A stretch of 64,000 bases of DNA from a bacterium (GTDB taxonomy: Bacteria > Zhuqueibacterota > Zhuqueibacteria > Residuimicrobiales > Krinioviventaceae): positions 1,216,001-1,280,000 of the forward strand of contig OY843751.1 of assembly GCA_963693055.1 (NCBI GenBank). Reading direction: 5' to 3'. Numbering within the stretch: position 1 is the stretch's first letter; each line of letters begins with the position of its first letter. The notes beneath the pieces are model-generated. The model did not search any database, had not been told where the DNA came from, and was given only the letters and a program-made list of their open reading frames with translations. Shown here one piece after another: positions 20,140 through 28,884 of the stretch. A program made the position numbers and the translations under genes.

Positions 20140-21390
20140 CTACTTTATCAGCAAAATCTTTTGCAAAATACTCTCATTCCCACTTTGCCATTTTACAAAA
20201 TAGACACCACTATGCAGGTCCTTGGGAGTATAGTGTAATGTATAGGTGCCGGGTTTGTGGTATTCGGATTTGAGTGTTTCTATATGCTGTCCTATTACAT
20301 TGTAAACATCCGCGTGTACCATGCCAGGTGAATTCACTTTATACGAGAATACCGTAGACGCGTTAAAGGGATTGGGATAGGCATTGCTCAGTTCAAAGGA
20401 TTGTGGGAGTGCTGTTTCATTTTGGGAAACACCAGTAGTACTGTTGAAAACAATATCGGTGCAGACGGGCAGGTGGTCCGATGCAAGATAGAGGGCATCA
20501 GCTATACTGTCCGCAACGGCCTGGTTGGTACCTCCGTTGATATTGTTATTGAAATGTAGCCCGTCATTGCCAAAGGCTTGATATGATTCAGGGATACAGT
20601 ACCAGTCGCCTGGTTCCATTAAAGCTTTAGATACGAGAATAAAATCAAAGCGGTCATCCATGCCACCACCGGCTCCATCATCTACGCTGGAATAACGGGT
20701 TGACTGGGTATGGTAGGGGGTAACCGAGCGACTGTTGTTGTTATGCCAGGCAACCATGAGATCCACAGGATCATAGCATCTGCCATTGTTGTTTTCCTGC
20801 TCACCAATCAATACCTGGTAGGCTTCTTCCTGTGCGGTGTAGAGGTTGAAATCTCCGGCAACAAAAAAGCAAGCGTCCGATGGAAGTTGGTCCAGTTCTG
20901 CGCGCAAAATCTCTGCTTCGTTTTTGCGTAATAGTCGTGACCTGTCATCGTCACTGGCTTTGAGGTGCAAGGAATAGATGCGCAGCTTGGGCGCGTCTGA
21001 ATTGGTTTTCAAGGTAAACATGTATTCGCTGAAATCACGTAATCCGGATTGGATCTGTCTGTTAGACAAGAGAGAGATTCTGGACTTTTTATAAAACATC
21101 ATATTGTCAGTATCATTGCCATCGACATAAGGAGCATTGCTGTAGGTGTCCGGCATATAATAATTTAATATATCATTTTTAAAATAATCTACACCGCTTT
21201 CAGATGTTAGTTCCTGAATGACCAGCACATCCGGCTGCATTTCGTTCAGTACTTTGCGGAATCCGGGGATACGATTCTGTGCATTGACGTCTGGGAATTT
21301 CAATGTATTCCATGTTGCTATACGCAGGGTATCTTGAGCATTGGCAAATCCAAAACAAAATAATATAATCAGTAACAAAATTTTTTTCAT
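20140..21390 (-). CDS. Secreted endonuclease/exonuclease/phosphatase (EEP, DNase I-like) with T9SS type A-like CTD
   Basis: Signal peptide; IATWN, PDVLVIQE, SLHLKAS, AGDFN, DRFDFIL and SDHLPV catalytic motifs; CTD YPNPFN...SGVYFV...KILLIK; GGAG 6 nt before the ATG at 21390. Confidence 0.88.
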   Translation of the reverse strand: MKKILLLIILFCFGFANAQDTLRIATWNTLKFPDVNAQNRIPGFRKVLNEMQPDVLVIQELTSESGVDYFKNDILNYYMPDTYSNAPYVDGNDTDNMMFYKKSRISLLSNRQIQSGLRDFSEYMFTLKTNSDAPKLRIYSLHLKASDDDRSRLLRKNEAEILRAELDQLPSDACFFVAGDFNLYTAQEEAYQVLIGEQENNNGRCYDPVDLMVAWHNNNSRSVTPYHTQSTRYSSVDDGAGGGMDDRFDFILVSKALMEPGDWYCIPESYQAFGNDGLHFNNNINGGTNQAVADSIADALYLASDHLPVCTDIVFNSTTGVSQNETALPQSFELSNAYPNPFNASTVFSYKVNSPGMVHADVYNVIGQHIETLKSEYHKPGTYTLHYTPKDLHSGVYFVKWQSGNESILQKILLIK

Positions 21391-21503
21391 ATTCAACTCC
21401 AGTTTGATTCTTGAATAATATACAAAATTTTAACCAGTAACCCAAATGTACAATGTGTTTCCGATTTTGCTAAAAAAATTGTATCTTGTAAAAAGGAGAT
21501 TCG

Positions 21504-22193
21504 ATGAAAAAGATACTAGTTTTGTTATTGATTGTTTGTTGGATTGGTTTTGGCTGTAATTCAAATAAAAACAGTGATGTATTGACTTTTATGGATGTAG
21601 GGAGTTCATTGCCTTCAACAAATCCTGATGAATGGCTTATGGCTTTTGTAGATGTAGAGACAACCGGATTGATTCCCGGATATCATGAGATGATTGATAT
21701 CGGTATGGTGATAACGGACCTGGAAGGAAACGTAATTGATAGTATGTTTTGTCTTGTTCAACCGGAACATCCTGAGCGGTTATCTGAGGGTGCCTATGCG
21801 GTTAACGCTTTTGATCCGCAGCTCTGGAATTCAAGAGGAGCATTGTCTTCTAAAGCTGCTGTAGACAGTATCATGTCTTTTCATAATCGGGTTGCGGATG
21901 GAAGGTATGTTTTATTGACGGCATTTAACAGCCAGTTTGATACAGCTTTTATGGACCATCTCTTCAGGTCTTGTGATCATTCATGGCGTGAGTTGTTTCA
22001 TTATATGGTACTCGATGTTCCCTCTATGGCATGGGGACTTGGATTCCGGGATATCAGACCCTATACTTTGATGGAAAAATATAATGTGACGGATGAGCCA
22101 CATGTTGCAAAAGATCATACCGGAATAACTGGTGCTATGTTAAATGTTCGAATTTATCAGGCGATTATTTATCATTTAGAGCATATTCATTAA
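21504..22193 (+). CDS. DEDDh 3'-5' exonuclease family lipoprotein
   Basis: Lipoprotein signal ending in FGC; ExoI FVDVETTGL; ExoII AFNSQFDTAF; atypical ExoIII (HVAKDHTGITGA). Confidence 0.75.
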   Translation: MKKILVLLLIVCWIGFGCNSNKNSDVLTFMDVGSSLPSTNPDEWLMAFVDVETTGLIPGYHEMIDIGMVITDLEGNVIDSMFCLVQPEHPERLSEGAYAVNAFDPQLWNSRGALSSKAAVDSIMSFHNRVADGRYVLLTAFNSQFDTAFMDHLFRSCDHSWRELFHYMVLDVPSMAWGLGFRDIRPYTLMEKYNVTDEPHVAKDHTGITGAMLNVRIYQAIIYHLEHIH

Positions 22194-22326
22194 ATTTACT
22201 GTTGACTCGTAAGTTAAAAATGTTAAATTGAATTGTTGAAAATGATGTGACCCCGCTGATATGAGATTAAGATTTTCTTAATTGTGGCTTAATATTGCCT
22301 TAAATCCTAGTCCTTAAAATTAAATC

Positions 22327-22356
22327 TTGAATTATGAAAATTTTGTGTTTTATAAT
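22327..22356 (+). promoter_or_regulatory. Candidate sigma-70 promoter for the TBDR/PorV operon
   Basis: TTGAAT-N18-TATAAT, ending 36 nt before the ATG at 22393. A second candidate, TTGACT-N16-TAAATT, starts at 22202. Confidence 0.35.
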
Positions 22357-22392
22357 TTCCTGCAATTGTTCACTTAAACGATATAGAAAAGT

Positions 22393-24654
22393 ATGAAATT
22401 AAGTAATGTTGTTATCCTGAATTTATTACTAGTAGTTACTACCGGGTTATTCTCTCAAGCACCAACGCGCCCCTCATATATCCCAAAAGATCTGAAAAAA
22501 GTAGATGTCGATGATTACTGGCATTATCATGATGTTGGTAACCTGGGTTTATCTATTACCAATTATGGTGTATTGGGTGAAGGATATAATAATCCTGATC
22601 AGCCGTCTTGTATGTATCAGTTGAATACGGATAATATGAGAAAGCAGATTGAGCACATGTCATATGGTGGTCTGTGGATTGGTGGTCGTGGTGGTAACGA
22701 TGGTGCTGTACACGTTTCAACCGCAATCATAGATGGTGTGTTTGAAGCGGGAGAAGAAGGTTTTGAATTTACCAACACCAGCGATACCGGAGATACTATT
22801 CGGGTCCGTTCTTCCATACCAACATCTCCGTCTTTTGATCCGCAGGCTGTTTCACATCAGGACTTTATTTGTGATTTTACAGATGTGAATACAGTAGTGC
22901 CGGGGTCTGATTTTGAGATCCCCAATCACAATCCTCTTGGTTTGATGGTCCATCAGGAATCTTATGCCTGGAATTTTTCTTATACCGACGCATTTATCAT
23001 TTTAAATTATACAATTACCAATATTAACAGTTCTCCCATAACTGATATTTATGCTGGATTTTGGGCTGATGCTGCAATTGGTAATATGAATTATACCAGT
23101 ATTTATGAACCCGGTGGCGGTTGGTCCTGGTATGATAATATGAATGGTTTTGATGATGATTACAAGATGGCGTTTCAGTATGATGATGATGGTGATGATG
23201 GTTTTGCAGAGAGCTATTTTGGTATCCGGTATTTGGGTTCTTCTGGTTCACAGGATGATATCCTGGTTACATATGACCAATGGCAATGGTCTTCACCTTC
23301 AAGTCTTGCGTTCCCGGATTATGTAATGCCCATTGATGATGAAGGGCGATATGAAGTTATGCAGGGCCGTCATATTGGTAAATACCACAATGCGGTAACA
23401 GCAGGCGGGTATCCTACGGATCCATTAGAAGCCGCAAGCTGGATGCTTGTATTATCCGCGGGCACGTTAGGAGATCTTGATCCCGGTGAGTCATTGACAT
23501 TTACATTTGCCATTGTTTGTGGTGAATGGGCAAATAAAGATGAATTAGATAACGCGGAACGTCGCGCTAAATTGCGTTTGAATTCGGATTGGGCGCAGAT
23601 CGCTTATAATGGAGAAGATGTGGATGGCGATGGAAAACTTGATCCCGATGAAGATGTAAATGCCAATGGTGTTCTTGATCCCGAAGAAGATGAATATAGA
23701 GCTGATCTGGATTTGAACGGTAATGGTATTTGGGATCCGGGTGAAGAGATTTTTGGTGATGGCGATGGGATATTGGATATTGAAGAAGATGTTTATGCCA
23801 ACACTCTTAAAGGTATTATTGCCGGTAATGGAATTATTGACAGATTTATTCTTCCCAGTCCGCCTCCATCTCCGAACCTTAAAGTGATTCCCGGTGAAGG
23901 CAAAGTTACATTATATTGGGATAATGCCAGCGAGGAATATGAAGACCCAATAACTCGTGAAAAAGATTTTGAAGGATACAAGATTTATAGCGCTCCCAAA
24001 ACTGCCGGTAGTGAAGAAGACGAAACCATTCTTGCCCAGTTTGATAAAATAAATAATCTGGGTTATGACACCGGTTTTGAATTGATTAAAGTTGATACTG
24101 TAATTGATGGAAAAACATATAATTACAGATTTACCAATTCTAACCTTTTGAATGGTTGGCCTACCGAGTATTGGTACAGTGTTACCGCATTCGATTCAGG
24201 AAATCCTGACAATAATCTTCCCAGTTTAGAGAGCTCAATCCTCGAAAATAAAGTTTATGCAATCCCCGGTTCTAATCCTGCACAATCCAAAATGCGTCAG
24301 ATCACAGTATTTCCCAATCCTTACAAAGCAAATGCAATGTGGGATGGTAGTGGAGATCGTGATCGTATGCTTTGGTTTGCAAATTTACCGGAACGTTGTA
24401 CAATACGTATTTACACAATGGCTGGTGATTTGGTTGATGAAATTGACCATGATGGCGCCACCTATGACGGTGATGATGTTCAGCTCATGTCTGATCGAAT
24501 TGCCGGTAACAATACAGTCCTATCAGGCGGTATGCACGCCTGGGATCTGATCTCAACACATGATCAGGCAATAGCTACCGGTCTCTATATTTACAGTGTT
24601 GAAGATTTAGATACCGGTGACACGCAGGTAAGCAAGTTTGTAATTATAAAATAG
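22393..24654 (+). CDS. Secreted hypothetical protein with Dx[DN]xDG Ca-binding repeats, an FN3-like domain and a variant T9SS-like CTD
   Basis: Signal peptide; DVDGDGKLDPDED-type repeats; PPPSPNLKVIPGEGKVTLYWD and FEGYKIY; C-terminus VFPNPY...IYTMAGDLV...WDL...ATGLYIY...KFVIIK. Confidence 0.75.
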   Translation: MKLSNVVILNLLLVVTTGLFSQAPTRPSYIPKDLKKVDVDDYWHYHDVGNLGLSITNYGVLGEGYNNPDQPSCMYQLNTDNMRKQIEHMSYGGLWIGGRGGNDGAVHVSTAIIDGVFEAGEEGFEFTNTSDTGDTIRVRSSIPTSPSFDPQAVSHQDFICDFTDVNTVVPGSDFEIPNHNPLGLMVHQESYAWNFSYTDAFIILNYTITNINSSPITDIYAGFWADAAIGNMNYTSIYEPGGGWSWYDNMNGFDDDYKMAFQYDDDGDDGFAESYFGIRYLGSSGSQDDILVTYDQWQWSSPSSLAFPDYVMPIDDEGRYEVMQGRHIGKYHNAVTAGGYPTDPLEAASWMLVLSAGTLGDLDPGESLTFTFAIVCGEWANKDELDNAERRAKLRLNSDWAQIAYNGEDVDGDGKLDPDEDVNANGVLDPEEDEYRADLDLNGNGIWDPGEEIFGDGDGILDIEEDVYANTLKGIIAGNGIIDRFILPSPPPSPNLKVIPGEGKVTLYWDNASEEYEDPITREKDFEGYKIYSAPKTAGSEEDETILAQFDKINNLGYDTGFELIKVDTVIDGKTYNYRFTNSNLLNGWPTEYWYSVTAFDSGNPDNNLPSLESSILENKVYAIPGSNPAQSKMRQITVFPNPYKANAMWDGSGDRDRMLWFANLPERCTIRIYTMAGDLVDEIDHDGATYDGDDVQLMSDRIAGNNTVLSGGMHAWDLISTHDQAIATGLYIYSVEDLDTGDTQVSKFVIIK

Positions 24655-24682
24655 TTTAATCATTTAACGAAAGGAGCACTCT

Positions 24683-27310
24683 TTGAAAAAGTTGTTATTA
24701 GTACTCTTGATGGTTGGATGCCTTGCCGGTGTAACTATGGCACAGGTAACCCCAATTCATGACATTCAGTATACAGAAGACGAAAGTGGTGATTCTCCAC
24801 TGGCAGGTCAGACTGTTACTATTTCCGGTATTGTAACCGGTGAACCTGGTGCGTTTGGCAGCAGCTATTATGTTCAGGATGCTGAAGGCCCCTGGAATGG
24901 TATCATGGTTTATGATGGTGGCCGTGAAGTTGCTGAAGGTGATTCTGTAACTTTGACCGCTGAAGTTAGCGAGTATCATAACCTTACTGAACTTTCAAAT
25001 GTAACCGAGTTTACAATTGAAAAAGAAGGTGTATTTGGAATTAATCCCGATACTTTGACTACTGCTGAAGCTTCTACAGAAGCTTATGAAGGCTGTTTGG
25101 TTACTGTAGAAAACCTGACCATTTCTAACAATGATTTGGGATATGGTGAATGGGAAGTAGATGATGGCTCTGGTCCATGTGTTGTTGACAATGTAGCAGA
25201 TTATTATTTTGATCCTACTACAGCTACCGAAGTTGCTTCTATTACCGGTCTTATTGGTTATGATTATGGTGCATACAAAATCAGACCACGTTTGGCTTTT
25301 GATGTTGTTGAAGCTGGTGACTATACCCGTATTCAACGTATTCAGCAAGTACGTCAGAGCGACCTTGAAAAAGCTCCTTACGACAATACATCTGACATCA
25401 GCTATCTCGATGGAGATACATTGAAAATTAAAGGTATTGTTACTATGCCTACCGGTTTGAGTTATGCAGGTGACGGTATCAAATTTATCATCAGTGAACC
25501 CGACGGTGGTCCATGGTCTGCTGTTTTATCATACAATGCAGATTCTACAGCTTATCCACAGTTGTTCGAAGGTGATGAAATTGAAATGTCTGGTTATATT
25601 GGTGAATATTCCACCAGCCCCAGTAACATGACTGAATTCTGGATTACCAGTCCTATTAATATTTTGAGCATTGGTAATGAATTGCCAGAACCCGATTCTA
25701 TTGCTACAGGTGATTTGCGTTGGCCCACCACTGCAGAACAATGGGGCAATGTAATTGTTCAGGTTGGTAATGCAGTTGTAGATAATGTAACCCCGCAGTA
25801 TGAATTGTTCTCTGTAAATGATGGAACAGGTAGTGTATTGGTTGATGATGATTCTGACAGCCTTGCAAATTACGAAGACCCACCATTGGGCGCAATTGCA
25901 GAATATCTCTCTGGTTGGGTTTATCACCATTATGGTAGTTATGCAGACTCTACTGCTTATAAACTTGAACCTCTGTATGTAGGTGATATTGTTTGGGGCG
26001 CTGGTCCTCCTTCTGTAAAAAACACAGTACGTAGTATTGCTGCTCCTACAACACAAGATGATGTAGATGTAACAACTGAAGTTCAAACCAACCTTACTAT
26101 AGCCCAGGCTACCCTGAGTTATAATGTAGATGGTGGTGATTATACTGATGTTGCAATGACTGACAATGGTGATGGTACCTGGACAGGTACAATCCCTGCA
26201 CAAGCTGAAGGTGCTTATGTTAGTTATTACGTAACAGCAACTGATGATGAAGAACAGTCAACAACTGATCCTGCTGAACCTACCAGATTGAATTACAGCT
26301 ATACTTCAACAGATGCTGCATTAACAATTGCTGATTTGCAAAATACTCCATGGGAAATTGCTGACAGTCCTTATAACGGTTACGAAGTAGAGGTTTCCGG
26401 TTTTGTAACTGCTGGTGATGCATTCCTGGGTATCTATGAAGGTTTTGTAATTCAGGATATGACCGGTGCATGGAACGGTGTATATGTTTTCGATCAAACT
26501 GCTGATGATGTTAGCTTGCCGGCACTTAATGTTGGCGACTTTGTAATTGTAAGTGGTACTGTAAGTGATTATAATCCTGATTATCATTACAAATGGGACA
26601 ATAATACTGTAATTCTTGCAGACAGTGTAAAGAAACTGATTTCTAAAACTGCTTCTGAAATGCCAGAACCTGTCGTTGTTTCTACAGGTGATCTTGCTGA
26701 TGACGCTGATACTGCAGAACAATGGGAAGGTGTATTGACACGCGTTGAAGATGTAACTGTTAGCAGTGTTAATTCTTATGATTTTTCTGTAACAGATGGC
26801 TCTGGCGAATGTCGTATCGACGATGATGGTGTTGAAGATACTGTACTTGAAATCAATTCTGATGACGCCTATGTTGTTGTGAATGGAACAGATACACTTC
26901 GCGTTGGTGATGTTATTAGTGGTATTCAAGGTGTATTTACCTTTAGCTTTGGAACCTTTAAAATTGAAGTACGCGACGTAAATGATATGGGTGTAACAAC
27001 CGGTGTTAATGATGACTTTGTAGCTGCTCCATTGGCATACAATTTGGGTCAGAATTATCCCAACCCGTTCAACCCTGAAACCCGTATTTACTTTACTTTG
27101 CCACATACCCAGAATACACAAATTGTAATTTACAATGTTATGGGTCAGCAAGTACGTACATTGGTTGATCAGCAGTACCAAGCTGGACAACATGTTGTGA
27201 ACTGGAATGGCTTGAACAATGCCGGCCTCAAAGTTCCTTCCGGTGTATATTTCTACAGAATCGTTGCCGGTGATTTTGTAGCTACCAAAAAAATGATGAT
27301 GTTGAAATAA
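24683..27310 (+). CDS. Secreted protein with three tandem nuclease-associated OB-fold modules, an Ig-like domain and a FlgD-Ig/T9SS CTD
   Basis: Three repeats of I..IQ...SP..G..V.I.G.VT...QD..GPW.G..V...GD.V...G.V.EY, each followed by E..EG.LV...V.DGSG...VDD...G...Y.YG.YK..P. CTD LGQNYPNPFNPET...SGVYFY...KKMMMLK. TTG start after AAGGAG. Confidence 0.78.
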   Translation: MKKLLLVLLMVGCLAGVTMAQVTPIHDIQYTEDESGDSPLAGQTVTISGIVTGEPGAFGSSYYVQDAEGPWNGIMVYDGGREVAEGDSVTLTAEVSEYHNLTELSNVTEFTIEKEGVFGINPDTLTTAEASTEAYEGCLVTVENLTISNNDLGYGEWEVDDGSGPCVVDNVADYYFDPTTATEVASITGLIGYDYGAYKIRPRLAFDVVEAGDYTRIQRIQQVRQSDLEKAPYDNTSDISYLDGDTLKIKGIVTMPTGLSYAGDGIKFIISEPDGGPWSAVLSYNADSTAYPQLFEGDEIEMSGYIGEYSTSPSNMTEFWITSPINILSIGNELPEPDSIATGDLRWPTTAEQWGNVIVQVGNAVVDNVTPQYELFSVNDGTGSVLVDDDSDSLANYEDPPLGAIAEYLSGWVYHHYGSYADSTAYKLEPLYVGDIVWGAGPPSVKNTVRSIAAPTTQDDVDVTTEVQTNLTIAQATLSYNVDGGDYTDVAMTDNGDGTWTGTIPAQAEGAYVSYYVTATDDEEQSTTDPAEPTRLNYSYTSTDAALTIADLQNTPWEIADSPYNGYEVEVSGFVTAGDAFLGIYEGFVIQDMTGAWNGVYVFDQTADDVSLPALNVGDFVIVSGTVSDYNPDYHYKWDNNTVILADSVKKLISKTASEMPEPVVVSTGDLADDADTAEQWEGVLTRVEDVTVSSVNSYDFSVTDGSGECRIDDDGVEDTVLEINSDDAYVVVNGTDTLRVGDVISGIQGVFTFSFGTFKIEVRDVNDMGVTTGVNDDFVAAPLAYNLGQNYPNPFNPETRIYFTLPHTQNTQIVIYNVMGQQVRTLVDQQYQAGQHVVNWNGLNNAGLKVPSGVYFYRIVAGDFVATKKMMMLK

Positions 27311-27317
27311 TAAATTT

Positions 27318-27344
27318 TGCCTCCCGGATTTTTTCCGGGAGGCA
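27318..27344 (+). promoter_or_regulatory. Intra-operon stem-loop (mRNA stabiliser or partial terminator)
   Basis: Perfect 11-bp stem TGCCTCCCGGA / TCCGGGAGGCA with no downstream T tract. Confidence 0.6.
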
Positions 27345-27362
27345 TATAACCTGATAAAGCAA

Positions 27363-28877
27363 ATGAGACCGTTTAGATACTATATATTATTAGCCATAGT
27401 TTTTCTTGTTGCTGTGCAATGCAGTATAAAAGACCCTTTTGGGGATGAAAAAGATTCTCAATTGTTAGAGAATCAACCACCTGAAACCCATCTTTATCTT
27501 TTTGTTGATCAACAACAGATCACACAGTTTGATACGGTGCAGGCAGGTGATACAACTCAAATTATTCCCAAAACCTATACCACTGGAATTGATACCACCC
27601 CTAGTAAGCAAATTGTGCACTGGTGGGGAGATGACCCTGATGGTCAGGTCGTTGGTTATTATTATCAATGGGATTATGAGACCGAACCCACTTTTACTAC
27701 AGCAGAATATGATACGTTTTATGTCCCTATTCAAAGCAGTTATGATGAATTTGAAATCAAAGTGTGGGCTGTTGATAATGAGAATCTGTCTGACCCTTCT
27801 CCGGCAGTACTGATCTATCCCGTATTTAATACTCCGCCTGAAATTGCATTTAGGTTGGGTAGTAATCCGTCGGTCAGTAATAATCCGGAAGTAACTGCAT
27901 ACACATTCCCAACAAGAACATTTGTATGGGAGGCGTTTGATGATGATGGTAGAGAAACCATTACCAATATTTATTACGCCCTGGATGATACAACCACCTG
28001 GATTGCATTACCTGGTGATGAAACACAAATAACCTTGCGTGAACTTGAGCCTGGTGAGCATCGGTTCTTTGTTAAAGCACAGGATATTTCGGGTAAATTC
28101 AGTAATGTCGTTTCTTTCCCTGATCCTGATGATGATAATGTACCGCATCGTTGGGAAGTTCAGCCCGTACAAGGCTCTGTTTTACTTGTTAATGATTTTG
28201 CTCAAGATCAAAACCTCTATGAAGTACAAAATTTTTATACCGATATTTTGGATGAACTTTTAGGCTCTGATGGATATTCAGTTTGGGAGATCGGTACGGA
28301 TAATACACCGGTTGTGAATCCTGAAAATGCGATTCCATATTCTTCCATAGATATTGAAGCAAACTTGTCATATTTTGATAAAGTGATTTGGTTCTCGCAT
28401 TTGGGTAGACCCAGTTTAACAAGTGCCGGTTTGTCTATTACAAAGTTTATGAGTACTGGCGGTGGAATATTGATTACCAATGGTAATGAAGAAACCCCTG
28501 ATACAACATGGACTTTTACCAGTATTGATTCCGTATATCGTTTGAATCCGGGTGGACGTTTGCTACCGGGTATTGATATTCTTGCCTCATTTGGCAGCGA
28601 TAATGATGATGCTTATGATCTGAATCTGGGGCAGCTGGTTGGTAACCGCGTTTCGGCATTGATTCCCGGTTCCGATGCGGATGTAGTGTATTCAATGCAA
28701 CCCGATTCAACAGCATCGGTAACTGTTCCTTATACAGGGTCACCACCTGTTGGTATTCGATATCGGATAGGAAGCGGAGAATCGATCTATTTTTCATTGC
28801 CGTTACATTATTGTTTTGGTAATGATAACATGACAGACGTTCTAAGGTATATACTGTTTGAAGAATTTGAAAATTGA
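27363..28877 (+). CDS. Hypothetical lipoprotein (two Ig-like domains plus a C-terminal alpha/beta domain)
   Basis: Lipobox AVQC; repeated N.PPET/EI...W...D.DG...F.V.A.D motif; lies directly upstream of the TBDR. Confidence 0.7.
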   Translation: MRPFRYYILLAIVFLVAVQCSIKDPFGDEKDSQLLENQPPETHLYLFVDQQQITQFDTVQAGDTTQIIPKTYTTGIDTTPSKQIVHWWGDDPDGQVVGYYYQWDYETEPTFTTAEYDTFYVPIQSSYDEFEIKVWAVDNENLSDPSPAVLIYPVFNTPPEIAFRLGSNPSVSNNPEVTAYTFPTRTFVWEAFDDDGRETITNIYYALDDTTTWIALPGDETQITLRELEPGEHRFFVKAQDISGKFSNVVSFPDPDDDNVPHRWEVQPVQGSVLLVNDFAQDQNLYEVQNFYTDILDELLGSDGYSVWEIGTDNTPVVNPENAIPYSSIDIEANLSYFDKVIWFSHLGRPSLTSAGLSITKFMSTGGGILITNGNEETPDTTWTFTSIDSVYRLNPGGRLLPGIDILASFGSDNDDAYDLNLGQLVGNRVSALIPGSDADVVYSMQPDSTASVTVPYTGSPPVGIRYRIGSGESIYFSLPLHYCFGNDNMTDVLRYILFEEFEN

Positions 28878-28884
28878 TATAAAT

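Noticed and set aside
23024-23251. Antisense ORF with a poly-His run
   Set aside because: It is the reverse complement of GAT/GGT-rich codons (YDDDGDDG) in the sense gene.
25529-27193. Long antisense ORFs (224 and 290 aa) inside the OB-fold gene
   Set aside because: Expected shadow ORFs of a strongly codon-biased sense gene; no recognisable motifs.
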